DNA of 24,557 nucleotides from a virus (IMGVR_UViG_3300021133_000034:1-24557), one strand, 5' to 3'; shown: positions 6,510 through 15,830, counted from the first letter of the stretch. Program-made: numbers and translations. Notes: generated by a model not told the origin, from the letters alone.

Positions 6510-8459
6510 ATGATATTGGACAATGAACTGATTTACAAGATTTGGGCTACGAACGCTAATAAGCAATCGTTGGATTTCAAAAAGGAAAAGTCTAAACTAT
6601 TAAGACTGCAGGTAACGGGGATCGGTGCTAAAGACCTTATCAAAGAATTGAAGGATATGGAGCGTAAAGGCATACATAGACTTCGAAAGGAAATGGCAAT
6701 TACCAATGTTGATTTGGTGCATCGTGTTTTATTGCCGAGAAAAAAGATATATACCGCTAAAGGCGGCATCGAAGAATATAATCTGAAAACACCCGCACTT
6801 GTTGATGAATTTAAAGAGTTCTTAGCCAATGTTACAGGTTCATCGTCACTAAAGGCGTATATACGCGATGTGCTGCAAAAGCGGTTAGACTATGACCCCG
6901 AAGGTTTGAAATGGGTGGAAGTGAATAAGGACGGTGAACCATACCCATGCTTTAAATCCATCAATTCTGTTTTCGAATGGCATCTAAATGGCCGTAAGCC
7001 TGAATATGTGTTTTTCAGGTTATCGAAGCAGGAGATAAAGTTCTATTTACTCAATGGCGATTTGCCCGATTCAGCGAAGGAATTGGATATTTACCGTGTC
7101 GTTGATGACGCATTTGACAGGCTTATTTCATTCGATGGTGGTGGGGGATCTATTAATATCATTACAGAGGTTGATAATCCGTTTGGGTTCGTACCTGGCG
7201 AAATACTATCCGACATACCAGGTGAGGAGGGTAGCGAGGATTCTGATTCCTTCAATTGCTATATGTCACCATTGCAGCCAATTCACGAACTACTTAGTAA
7301 GTATATGTTTAATCGTTCCGTGTTTGATGTGGCTTATGCCCGTACAGCATATCCAAAGGAATGGATGAACAAATTTAAATGCCCTACCTGTGACGGTCAG
7401 AAGACGGTAGATAGCCAACCATGCCCCGAATGTAATGGGACCGGTGCGTTACCGCATCAGAAAAACAGCGATACCCTTGTTGTCGAGTTCATGAATGACG
7501 TTAATAAGAATGTGCCTGTGCCACCGATGGGGGTAATTGATTCGCCTATTGATGGATTGCAGTTCATGAAGGATAATAATCTGACATTAGAGGAGATGAT
7601 TTATTACACTCTTTACGGCACATTTAAGCCAAGCCCCGGCACATCACAAAAGGTATCGGGCAATCGTGAAGGCCATGGCGGCAACGTGTCAAATACGGCA
7701 TTCGAGGCGAACATGAACGACCAATCTAAACGCGATGTGTTGCGGGACTGGGGTAATTGGACAGCATCCACTATTCAATGGTTTGTTGATATTTTTGGTT
7801 CATTTAAATACGAGGACTCCTATATTTCATGTGCTATCCTTATGGGTGATATGTACATGGAAGAATCCTCCGATGCTACATTTGATAGGTTGGATAAGGC
7901 GCGTATGGGGAATGCCCCGAAATCACAACTTAACTCATTGCAAATTGAATACCTGAATAATAAATATCAGAACAATCCACTCGACTGGTGGAAATATTAT
8001 GTAGCATATATTGCCGAGCCATTTATGTGGGATAAGACATCGGATGTTCTTTCGTGGGATATACCTATGTCCGACAAATTGAAAAAGATTTACTTCGATG
8101 AATGGTTTGATAGCAAATCTGATGATTACTTTGCAGCATTGCCTCGTAATGGCGTTGAGGAGGTCGTAAAAGCAGACTTAGAGGCTTATATGATGGATAG
8201 GTACAAAAAAGGTACTGAAACCGATAATCTGATGTTCACGTCAATGGGTAATAGTCTTTTTGTTGGCGGTAATGCTACCGTAATAAAAGGTAAGGAATTA
8301 AGCCCTACTCATACAGGCAAGACATTCAAGATAAGCAAGATGGATTCCAAATATGTTACCTTTGTTGATGATACGGGTAACACTATTGACGGTTATACGC
8401 GCGGGGATGTAGAAAACAAATCAGGAATCAGAGGTGGCGAACCATTAGGTATAAATTAA
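6510..8459 (+). CDS. Portal protein (with CxxCxG zinc-finger insertion and C-terminal extension)
   Basis: 649 aa, downstream of TerL; portal-like segments (DYDPEG..WVE, NPFGFVP, SPLQPI.EL); internal CPTCDG...CPECNGTG. Confidence 0.8.
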   Translation: MILDNELIYKIWATNANKQSLDFKKEKSKLLRLQVTGIGAKDLIKELKDMERKGIHRLRKEMAITNVDLVHRVLLPRKKIYTAKGGIEEYNLKTPALVDEFKEFLANVTGSSSLKAYIRDVLQKRLDYDPEGLKWVEVNKDGEPYPCFKSINSVFEWHLNGRKPEYVFFRLSKQEIKFYLLNGDLPDSAKELDIYRVVDDAFDRLISFDGGGGSINIITEVDNPFGFVPGEILSDIPGEEGSEDSDSFNCYMSPLQPIHELLSKYMFNRSVFDVAYARTAYPKEWMNKFKCPTCDGQKTVDSQPCPECNGTGALPHQKNSDTLVVEFMNDVNKNVPVPPMGVIDSPIDGLQFMKDNNLTLEEMIYYTLYGTFKPSPGTSQKVSGNREGHGGNVSNTAFEANMNDQSKRDVLRDWGNWTASTIQWFVDIFGSFKYEDSYISCAILMGDMYMEESSDATFDRLDKARMGNAPKSQLNSLQIEYLNNKYQNNPLDWWKYYVAYIAEPFMWDKTSDVLSWDIPMSDKLKKIYFDEWFDSKSDDYFAALPRNGVEEVVKADLEAYMMDRYKKGTETDNLMFTSMGNSLFVGGNATVIKGKELSPTHTGKTFKISKMDSKYVTFVDDTGNTIDGYTRGDVENKSGIRGGEPLGIN

Positions 8460-8473
8460 AAAAACACAATAAT

Positions 8474-8962
8474 ATGGCAAAGATTTATTCACTCAAACCT
8501 GAATCTGTAAAGATTTATAATGACCTAATAGCCGCATACCGTGGCGAGGAGCAATTCTACAAAGCAGCCTCTATTTGGTGCGATAATGAAGGCTATAAAA
8601 TTCCGTTTTTTGTGGACCTCATGCACTATATGCACCACAGGGCGCACAGAATAGAACGCAAATTAACGGATACGGGTACTTTACCTGTATTGCCCGACAT
8701 TAAAGCGATTCAGCCAAAAGCAGCGGGGTTAATATCGCTCATTAACGAAGGATATGAACGCGCGTATAAACTTTGTGAAATGCTGAATGATGACGTGAAG
8801 ATGGCAGGAGATGATGTAAAGACAGTAAACCATCTTTGCAAATATGTTGCGAAGCAGGAGGATATTGTCAACAAGTTTGCCGAAATGCTGAAAAGACTAA
8901 AGGGCGTTGATGAATCAAATCGCGGAATGTTGATGATGCTAATTAAAAAGATATTTTCATAA
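8474..8962 (+). CDS. Ferritin-like protein with degenerate ferroxidase centre
   Basis: Colinear with prokaryotic Ftn over about 160 aa (FY..ASIWCD.EG, A.RI...L.D.G....LP.I, D..T.N.L..YV..Q, L.RLK.V). Confidence 0.75.
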   Translation: MAKIYSLKPESVKIYNDLIAAYRGEEQFYKAASIWCDNEGYKIPFFVDLMHYMHHRAHRIERKLTDTGTLPVLPDIKAIQPKAAGLISLINEGYERAYKLCEMLNDDVKMAGDDVKTVNHLCKYVAKQEDIVNKFAEMLKRLKGVDESNRGMLMMLIKKIFS

Positions 8963-8978
8963 TTTAAAACCAAAACAA

Positions 8979-9524
8979 ATGGCAAGACCAACAAACACAT
9001 CGAAAGAGGCAGTTACGCCTGAATCCCCACTTGACAATCGTTATGTGTTCGGGATCAAAGGTAAACAACAGACGCGGGATGGTAAGTACCTAACCGATGA
9101 CGAAGGCAAGGTGCGCCACTACAAAGGCGATATATCCGAACTTTGCGGTACAGGCGTGGGTTTGGAAGACTATGAATATCGTATTCTAAGGCTCACCATG
9201 CAGAGTAGGCGTTATTCCGGTCCACCATCGCCACAACAGACCGAAGGTTATGTCACTAAAATCAAAGTGATGGAGAAATTTGGTCATAACGTGAAAATAT
9301 TTGAGGAAACAGCCGACTACCAAAACCATTGCATTGATTGGCAACTACCCGGTACGCCACGTGATATTATGTGGTTATTCAAAGTCGGAGAAGTAAAAGA
9401 CGGCGATGAATTTACGGAAGAAAACGGACAACTCCAATGCAAATGGGTTACTTCCAAAGCAAATGGTACGGAGATTGTCAATTATAGGCTTTTAATCACC
9501 CCAAAAACTAAAAACGATGCTTAG
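8979..9524 (+). CDS. Hypothetical protein in head module
   Basis: 181-aa ORF with A-rich start, overlapping the next gene by 8 nt. Confidence 0.8.
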   Translation: MARPTNTSKEAVTPESPLDNRYVFGIKGKQQTRDGKYLTDDEGKVRHYKGDISELCGTGVGLEDYEYRILRLTMQSRRYSGPPSPQQTEGYVTKIKVMEKFGHNVKIFEETADYQNHCIDWQLPGTPRDIMWLFKVGEVKDGDEFTEENGQLQCKWVTSKANGTEIVNYRLLITPKTKNDA

Positions 9525-10329
9525 TATAGCTGCACAAACGAAATTGCTCAAATCGCTTAAATTCAGCGACGAAAATATTGCCGAACTCATGAAAGTTGGC
9601 GAATATGATGTTGATGTACCGATATTGCATATCCTTTCTGACGAAGAACTCAACACCCTTAAAACCAATATAAAGTCAGGGCATGAAAATGCTTATCCTG
9701 AAATATGGGGCAAGAAAATGAACGAGAAACACAAACTTGGATTGTCAACTACGGATGCAAAGGACGAGGAAAAGGTTATTACGGCTATGCAAGCTAAGGC
9801 GGTAAAAGATGCAGGAATATCGAAAGATAGTCAGGTATCCGCGCTTGAATCCGATATGCAGAAACTCCGTGACGTTATAGCCGAAAAAGAAGGCGCATTA
9901 ACGCAATTCCAGACCAAACTGAAGGAGCGAGATGAATTTGATACCTATGTATCCATGCTGCCATCAGAACGCCTTAAAAACCTAGATAACGACATTCATG
10001 TGTCAATGGCAAAAAAGCATGTTGTCATCGGTGAAAAGGGTGTTGCAATTAACCCACAGACGGGTGAACCATATAAAGATACTTTAATGAACCCGCGACT
10101 TGCCAAAGATGTTATTCCTGAAATATACAAGCAAAACAATTGGTTGGAAGCAGAATCCGCCGCAGGGGCGGGAAAACGCACATTAGGAACTCCATCTAAC
10201 ATGGTGCAAGGTAAAAATACCGCCGCACAAAACGATTTGGTTGCTAAGGCTCAGGCGATGTTCCCCGATGATGCACGGCAACAGGCATCATACATTACCA
10301 CACAAAGACTGGCAGAAGCTAATAGTTAG
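9517..10329 (+). CDS. Putative capsid scaffolding protein
   Basis: Charged, coiled-coil-like middle region and flexible Gly/Ala C-terminal linker; immediately upstream of the capsid gene. Confidence 0.65.
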   Translation: MLSIAAQTKLLKSLKFSDENIAELMKVGEYDVDVPILHILSDEELNTLKTNIKSGHENAYPEIWGKKMNEKHKLGLSTTDAKDEEKVITAMQAKAVKDAGISKDSQVSALESDMQKLRDVIAEKEGALTQFQTKLKERDEFDTYVSMLPSERLKNLDNDIHVSMAKKHVVIGEKGVAINPQTGEPYKDTLMNPRLAKDVIPEIYKQNNWLEAESAAGAGKRTLGTPSNMVQGKNTAAQNDLVAKAQAMFPDDARQQASYITTQRLAEANS

Positions 10330-10358
10330 GAATAAGAATTTTCATTTGTGGTTAGTTT

Positions 10359-10389
10359 GGGCGGGTGTTTCTACACCTGCCTTTTTTTT
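10359..10389 (+). terminator. Rho-independent terminator
   Basis: GGCGGGTGT-TTCT-ACACCTGCC stem followed by T8. Confidence 0.9.
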
Positions 10390-10404
10390 GTTTTAAAAAT
10401 AAAT

Positions 10405-10432
10405 TTTGCAATTCAAAAAATGTATATCTTTG
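10405..10432 (+). promoter_or_regulatory. Promoter for the capsid/tail operon
   Basis: Exact -7 box TATCTTTG at 10425-10432; TTTG at 10405-10408 with a 16-nt spacer, shorter than consensus. Confidence 0.6.
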
Positions 10433-10477
10433 TATCGCATTTGGCAATCAGCATCCTTCCAAATAGCTTCCTTCCTT

Positions 10478-10558
10478 GCGGTTGTACCGCCTGAAAAGTG
10501 AATGAGTTGTACTCCATGCTTCGGTGATGTTCACCACTCATAGTATCACTTCACTTTT
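10478..10558 (+). promoter_or_regulatory. Structured 5' leader of the capsid gene with three TGT-loop hairpins
   Basis: GCGGT-TGT-ACCGC, GAGT-TGT-ACTC, GGTGA-TGT-TCACC; enclosing stem AAAAGTGAA/TTCACTTTT. Confidence 0.6.
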
Positions 10559-10571
10559 TATTTACCTAACA

Positions 10572-11648
10572 ATGGCAAATTACGTAGAATCAAACCTACT
10601 CGCATTTCAGGGTGAAATGCTCAAAGGTCTCGCAAGTCACGAAGTACGTGAACTTGTAACAATGGCATTACCTTATGCCCTCAAAAATCAGCAGTTCTAT
10701 CAGAATCTGTATGATATTCGCTCAATCAAAGAATCCGTACAACGTCCTGTTTATGGCTATCAGTTCAACCGTATTGCTTCAACAGGCGGCACAGGTATGA
10801 CTACTTTCCCAACGGGTACACTCGGTAGCGCAACACAGATACCGCTTACTTTCGTGTCATTCACAGAAACATTCGCCACCTACAACGTATCGGGTTTGGA
10901 CAACGTGTTTGATTTCATCAGGATCGCAGGCAATGAGTTCAGTCAGGCAATGCGTAATATTCGTACAAGGCTCTCTACGTTTATCGTACAGTCCCTTTAT
11001 ACGAACCGTACCGCTTATGGTCTGCCCGGTCTTAAAGGCGCAAACTTCAACCCTGCCACAAACGCATTTGAAATTACCAATGCAACTCCGTGGAGTACGA
11101 TTACTTCCATTATGAGGCAAAACTCCTATGGCGGCAATATGTATGATGTGTTGGCAGACCCTATTATGTTCCAGTCGTTTGAGTTCTCTCAGGCACAGGG
11201 TACAGAAAATGCTACCAACCTCGCATATGCCTTCGTTAAGCAAGGCGTACCGGGACCGGGCAAAGGTCGTTTCTCAAATGTTTGGGAAGAAAACAACCTC
11301 GGTACTACCGTTCCGATTGAAGTCGCTTACACCAATGGCACAGCCCTTGTAATGCCAGAAAACGCATTTGCCTTTGTTCCGTGGATGCCAGCGAACTATT
11401 ACAAGCCCGGATTCTCTAAGCGTTTCGACGGCTACGAAGGTGGTTATGGGACAATCGGTGATGACCGTATCCCTGAATTGCAGTATCAGCTATTTGGTTG
11501 GAACACACAGACCGACACATCGGGTTCTAACGGTTACGCACAGGGTCAGACACAGTCATGGCAGATTGGTATAACAGTAGCGTGGTTGACAGCCTATTTG
11601 TCCAATGCAGGTGAAACGCCTATCTATCAATTCGCACTTGTTCCTTAA
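10572..11648 (+). CDS. Major capsid protein (start reassigned to ATG 10572)
   Basis: 358 aa; MANY..SNL..Q N-terminus and RPV.GY and DNVF motifs resemble Bacteroidota phage capsid proteins; follows the scaffold and has its own promoter. Confidence 0.8.
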   Translation: MANYVESNLLAFQGEMLKGLASHEVRELVTMALPYALKNQQFYQNLYDIRSIKESVQRPVYGYQFNRIASTGGTGMTTFPTGTLGSATQIPLTFVSFTETFATYNVSGLDNVFDFIRIAGNEFSQAMRNIRTRLSTFIVQSLYTNRTAYGLPGLKGANFNPATNAFEITNATPWSTITSIMRQNSYGGNMYDVLADPIMFQSFEFSQAQGTENATNLAYAFVKQGVPGPGKGRFSNVWEENNLGTTVPIEVAYTNGTALVMPENAFAFVPWMPANYYKPGFSKRFDGYEGGYGTIGDDRIPELQYQLFGWNTQTDTSGSNGYAQGQTQSWQIGITVAWLTAYLSNAGETPIYQFALVP

Positions 11649-11672
11649 TCTTTAAAATCTAAACAGATAAAT

Positions 11673-12170
11673 ATGAAAAACATAATAATCTTTTTGGTTT
11701 TAGTAACCATCGGGACAGGCGCATTTGCGCAGAACAAAAGGGGTATATACGGCACAAACACACAGTTTACCGCTTTACCCGCAACAATGACCAATAGGTC
11801 GGGTACGGCAAATCCTTCGGGTAGCGATACTTTGCGGGGTGTTGATACAGCCTATGCATATTGGCATATGGGTAATACTTATTTTACCAATTTTGACCTT
11901 TCGATTACCCCCTATTCGTATGATAGTACCACAGGTGCAGCCATATTGCAGGGTAGTAACGATAATGTGCATTGGCAGTCCATCACAGGTTATTCTACAT
12001 TGTGTACTACCTGTATTGGCGCATCGGCAACCATTACTAACGCAAAGGGCAACAATCATTACATTTGGGAAGTGTCACAAACACCGTTTAGTTATTGGAG
12101 AAGTCGTCTTGTGGGTTCACGTAGCACCGATACAACAGTAGTAACCGCATCAGCGTACATAAGCTATTAA
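11673..12170 (+). CDS. Signal-peptide-bearing beta-sandwich protein next to the capsid gene
   Basis: MKNIIIFLVLVTIGTGAFA-Q Sec signal with AxA site; LQGSND..HW and YWR.R motifs typical of jelly-roll/discoidin-like folds. Confidence 0.75.
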   Translation: MKNIIIFLVLVTIGTGAFAQNKRGIYGTNTQFTALPATMTNRSGTANPSGSDTLRGVDTAYAYWHMGNTYFTNFDLSITPYSYDSTTGAAILQGSNDNVHWQSITGYSTLCTTCIGASATITNAKGNNHYIWEVSQTPFSYWRSRLVGSRSTDTTVVTASAYISY

Positions 12171-12172
12171 AT

Positions 12173-13453
12173 ATGCCATTGACAACGCCCATACTTGGAA
12201 TAACCAATCTCATTGTAGGTTCTACTACGACTTTGACCAATGCAACACCTGCGGGTACTTGGTCAAGTAGTGATACTTCTATTTGTACGGTTGTTTCAAG
12301 TACGGGCGTTGTTACTACTATTTCGGTTGGTTCGTGCGCAATAATCTATACCGTTGGCGGGGATTCCATTTCTGTAACATTCACTGTGTCATCCGCATTA
12401 CCCGTAACAAATGGGTTTAACTACAATAATGTTTTCCCATCGCTACAAAATCGGGTATTGTGGAAGTCACAGGGCGCAATCAGCGATTCGCAGCGGTACT
12501 ATGAGGATTTCCATGCGTTGAACAACACTCAAATACTTGATGCAGTACGTCCGCAAAATGGGGATACGTTAACGCAGTACCTTGCCAACAAACAAAGGTC
12601 TGTCATAATGGAGTGTCTTAATGCGGTTTATAATGCGCCACAGGTGATTGACTCGGCTCGTTTGTGTTTCTACCGCGCTGATGTGATGTTGTACCCACAA
12701 CCCGTTAATAATGTGGGTGCATTTGTAGGGATAAAGATGTTAATGTCGAGGGGGGATTACAGCGTTATTTATAATAGCGTTGAGTTATATTTCAACAATG
12801 CGATAACATTCAATCTTTATTTGTACAACGACTTTACAACACCTCCGATTGCAGTTATCCCCGTTACTACTTTAGCTAATCAGCAAACGATTATCCCGCT
12901 CAATCAGACTGTAATCAGCGCGTATCTGACTGCAGCGAATAAAGGCGGTATCATTTACTTTGGTTACTTTCAGGATGACATCGCGGCACAGGGCGCACAG
13001 GCTATCTATTACCCAATTAATATGCAGATGTACCACCCAATCAAGTTATGGTCTTATTCAGCCCCTACAAACATCGTGGATGGTCAGCGTAACTTCGTTA
13101 GGAATAACATCGGGTCTAACAACCTGACTTATGGCATGAATCTTGAAGTTAGCACATATGTAGATGCGACAAATAACATCATACAAAACAACTTTCTTTT
13201 TGATGAACTATTTGGGCTTAAAATGACTCAAAAGAATGTTCAGGACATCATCTTCGACTACCGCTCAAACAACATTCAGCGAATATTAGGCGCGAAGGTT
13301 GAATTATCGCAACTGTATGCCGAATTGAATGGGTTTAAAGCCGACGATGAAATCCCGTATATCATGGGATTAAAAGACCAAATCAGCCGAGAAATCAAGA
13401 GAGTAAAAGAAGGGTTCCAAAAGCATGAAACATCATTAGTAGGTTATCAATAA
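12173..13453 (+). CDS. Virion structural protein (probable head-tail connector) with N-terminal Big_2 Ig-like domain
   Basis: VGSTTTL...GTWSSSD.SI.TV..TGVVT.ISVGS..I.YT is a Big_2 signature; located between capsid and tail genes. Confidence 0.7.
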   Translation: MPLTTPILGITNLIVGSTTTLTNATPAGTWSSSDTSICTVVSSTGVVTTISVGSCAIIYTVGGDSISVTFTVSSALPVTNGFNYNNVFPSLQNRVLWKSQGAISDSQRYYEDFHALNNTQILDAVRPQNGDTLTQYLANKQRSVIMECLNAVYNAPQVIDSARLCFYRADVMLYPQPVNNVGAFVGIKMLMSRGDYSVIYNSVELYFNNAITFNLYLYNDFTTPPIAVIPVTTLANQQTIIPLNQTVISAYLTAANKGGIIYFGYFQDDIAAQGAQAIYYPINMQMYHPIKLWSYSAPTNIVDGQRNFVRNNIGSNNLTYGMNLEVSTYVDATNNIIQNNFLFDELFGLKMTQKNVQDIIFDYRSNNIQRILGAKVELSQLYAELNGFKADDEIPYIMGLKDQISREIKRVKEGFQKHETSLVGYQ

Positions 13454-14043
13454 TGAACAACACATTAACCATAGCGAAAGGGCAAGACTATTGGATTCAG
13501 AATCTCCAAACAAGGTTCTACAATATAATGTCTGCCAAGTGGAATCTAACAGATAACACATGGAATAGTTATGGGCGCGTGTATGTCAACAGGTACAAAG
13601 GCAACCAGGACGAAGGATATATTCCTGAATGGTTTACCAATAGCGGGAATGAATACTCCAAAGACTTGTTCTTTAATGATACCGTTACCGCAAATTCATT
13701 TTTTGTAAGCCTCGATCCTGTAAAAGTTTCTCATGGTGAATCTCTGGTGAATGTTCAATGGTTGTTTTTCGTCAATCTTGCGCAAATGACGGTAGGGGGT
13801 GTTTCTTTGAATAAACAAGCAGGGCAGCGATTAGACGAATTGTTCGTTAATGATGTTGAAAATTTTATCCGCGTAAACGGCACAGGTAATTTCACCATTA
13901 AATCAATACTCAAACGTGTCGACAAGGTGTTAGACCAATTTAGCGGGAAAATAAAAAAGGATGCACTTACCTATGATATGCAGCCTCTTTTTTGTTGCAG
14001 GTTTGACCTGACATTTATTTATAATTCTTTTCTTAACCAATAA
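13453..14043 (+). CDS. Putative head-tail joining / tail terminator protein
   Basis: TAATG coupling to the previous gene; directly before the tail tube; C-terminal DMQP.FC.RFD motif. Confidence 0.6.
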   Translation: MNNTLTIAKGQDYWIQNLQTRFYNIMSAKWNLTDNTWNSYGRVYVNRYKGNQDEGYIPEWFTNSGNEYSKDLFFNDTVTANSFFVSLDPVKVSHGESLVNVQWLFFVNLAQMTVGGVSLNKQAGQRLDELFVNDVENFIRVNGTGNFTIKSILKRVDKVLDQFSGKIKKDALTYDMQPLFCCRFDLTFIYNSFLNQ

Positions 14044-14057
14044 AAAATCGAAATAAA

Positions 14058-15089
14058 ATGGAATTACAAAATTCATTCTCAAACGTCAATACCAATCTCA
14101 TTACCAACACAGGTAATACGGGTACGACTACTTACTACAACAACCCTGCCATCATCACGGCGGCGGTTCTTGTTCCGCGCGGGACTATTATCCCCGCATC
14201 CGCATTGGTGTCACAGGATGCTTTTGCGACTTATGTGAATACCGCAATTAAAACTAACAGTCATTCAGCGCGTTGGTTCATGTTTACGCCTCTTGACAAG
14301 TTCGAGGACAAAACCAAAGCCGCAAGTTCCGAAGACACAGGGCTGTATAGCAAGATGATTACCAAGTTCAATACCCTGTACAATTTCAGGTATATGGCGA
14401 ACATGGGTAATTACCTCGAAGCCGTAAAAAGTTTCAACAACTGTCAGGACTTCTTTGACTTGTATTACATTGATGCAGACGGCAATTGGCAAGGTACTAT
14501 TGATGCCACAGGATCGGGTGGTTTGCAGGCGTATCGTTTATTTCAGTTCTTCGTTGAAGACCGCAAGGCTATCACCCCGACAACTGATAATGCCTACACC
14601 CTGTCTATCAACCTTGCAGACCGTAGGCAGATAAACGAAAACTTTGCGCAGTTCATCGCGGGTACAGACATCGAAGCATTGAGTAACCTCATGCCTCAGT
14701 CGGTTTGGCTTTCCGATGTTACAGCCATTGTTTCTACTCCGTTGTTGCTGACACCGCATCAGATTGCCGTTGTTGGTACATTCAGCGAAGGTGCGGCCGA
14801 TTTGGGTCGGTATTTCGGTACAGCCATTGCAGCACCAGGAGTATCTGCAACAGCCGTTTTTGCGGTATATGACCAAACGGCGGGGGCGGCAAATGCTATC
14901 ACAGCTATTGCTTATAGCCCTGTAACGGTTGCCGGTCAGTTGTACAATTGCTTACTTCTGACGGTTACGACAAATACCGCGACACACGTAAATCAGATTT
15001 CTATGATTTCCGTGAGTGCCACAGAATCAGTATTGCCCGGCACTTATTTGGCTAACGAATCAAATGGCTACGCTTATCATACTTTCTAA
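14058..15089 (+). CDS. Major tail tube protein
   Basis: 343 aa, Thr/Ala-rich; NTG...P..I..A.LVP.G and YYID.DGN motifs recalled from Bacteroidota siphophage tail proteins; position. Confidence 0.65.
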   Translation: MELQNSFSNVNTNLITNTGNTGTTTYYNNPAIITAAVLVPRGTIIPASALVSQDAFATYVNTAIKTNSHSARWFMFTPLDKFEDKTKAASSEDTGLYSKMITKFNTLYNFRYMANMGNYLEAVKSFNNCQDFFDLYYIDADGNWQGTIDATGSGGLQAYRLFQFFVEDRKAITPTTDNAYTLSINLADRRQINENFAQFIAGTDIEALSNLMPQSVWLSDVTAIVSTPLLLTPHQIAVVGTFSEGAADLGRYFGTAIAAPGVSATAVFAVYDQTAGAANAITAIAYSPVTVAGQLYNCLLLTVTTNTATHVNQISMISVSATESVLPGTYLANESNGYAYHTF

Positions 15090-15099
15090 TATCAAAGCC

Positions 15100-15372
15100 A
15101 TGGTCATAGGAAGCACAAATTACAGCGACGATTTTATTAAGTCGTTCCCGAATGAGGCGGAATTTATGAAAGTAGCAGTACCGATGTTTGGTAAATCAAA
15201 AGAGGAATTACATGGTGTTTATCAATCGGTTGTTCCGACTGTTATCGCACCTAAGATTGCAGAACCTGTAATTGAAGTTCGTCAGATGAAAGCCGATATT
15301 GCGCCTACGCCACCGCCCATTGAGCCGGAAACAGAAGAAGCAAGCGAGCAATCGCACGAAATGCACGAATAA
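15100..15372 (+). CDS. Small hypothetical protein with acidic/Pro-rich tail (start probably ATG 15100)
   Basis: ATG 11 nt after the tail tube stop; TAATG coupling to the next gene. Confidence 0.7.
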   Translation: MVIGSTNYSDDFIKSFPNEAEFMKVAVPMFGKSKEELHGVYQSVVPTVIAPKIAEPVIEVRQMKADIAPTPPPIEPETEEASEQSHEMHE

Positions 15373-15830
15373 TGTGTACGATATCCGAAATGAAAGCACG
15401 GGTTGAGGGTGTCCTTGACACCGTGCTTTCGCTTGCGGGGGAGTGTATGATGCAGAACAATGAGCAAATAGTCGCATTGTTAGTGCATCAGCAATATGAT
15501 GAAGGGGTAGATAGCTTCGGTAATCCATTACCCCAATACAGACCGAGTTATTCCGTAATGAAATATAAATTGACGGGTAGAGGTCAAAAAGCTGACTTAA
15601 ATTTGACAGGTGAATTTCAAGCAGGAATTGAATTGCGTGTTGATGAAGAAAGCAATATATACCAATTGGACAGCCCCGCACAGACCGAAGACGGGGAATT
15701 AAAATCAGAATGGTTGGCTAAATGGGCAGATGCGCCGATCATGGATTTAACGGATGAAAACAAAAAAGAAGCGTGGTTGATTATTTTGCCCGATTTTGTT
15801 GATAAGGTAAAAGAACTTTTAGAAGCATGA
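15372..15830 (+). CDS. Putative neck / tail-completion (virion morphogenesis) protein
   Basis: G.D..G..L..Y..SY...K.....L..TG.F motif typical of phage virion-morphogenesis proteins. Confidence 0.6.
   Translation: MCTISEMKARVEGVLDTVLSLAGECMMQNNEQIVALLVHQQYDEGVDSFGNPLPQYRPSYSVMKYKLTGRGQKADLNLTGEFQAGIELRVDEESNIYQLDSPAQTEDGELKSEWLAKWADAPIMDLTDENKKEAWLIILPDFVDKVKELLEA

Noticed and set aside
10524-10571. GTG start for the capsid gene
   Set aside because: Lies inside a hairpin; ATG 10572 gives the family-like MANY N-terminus.
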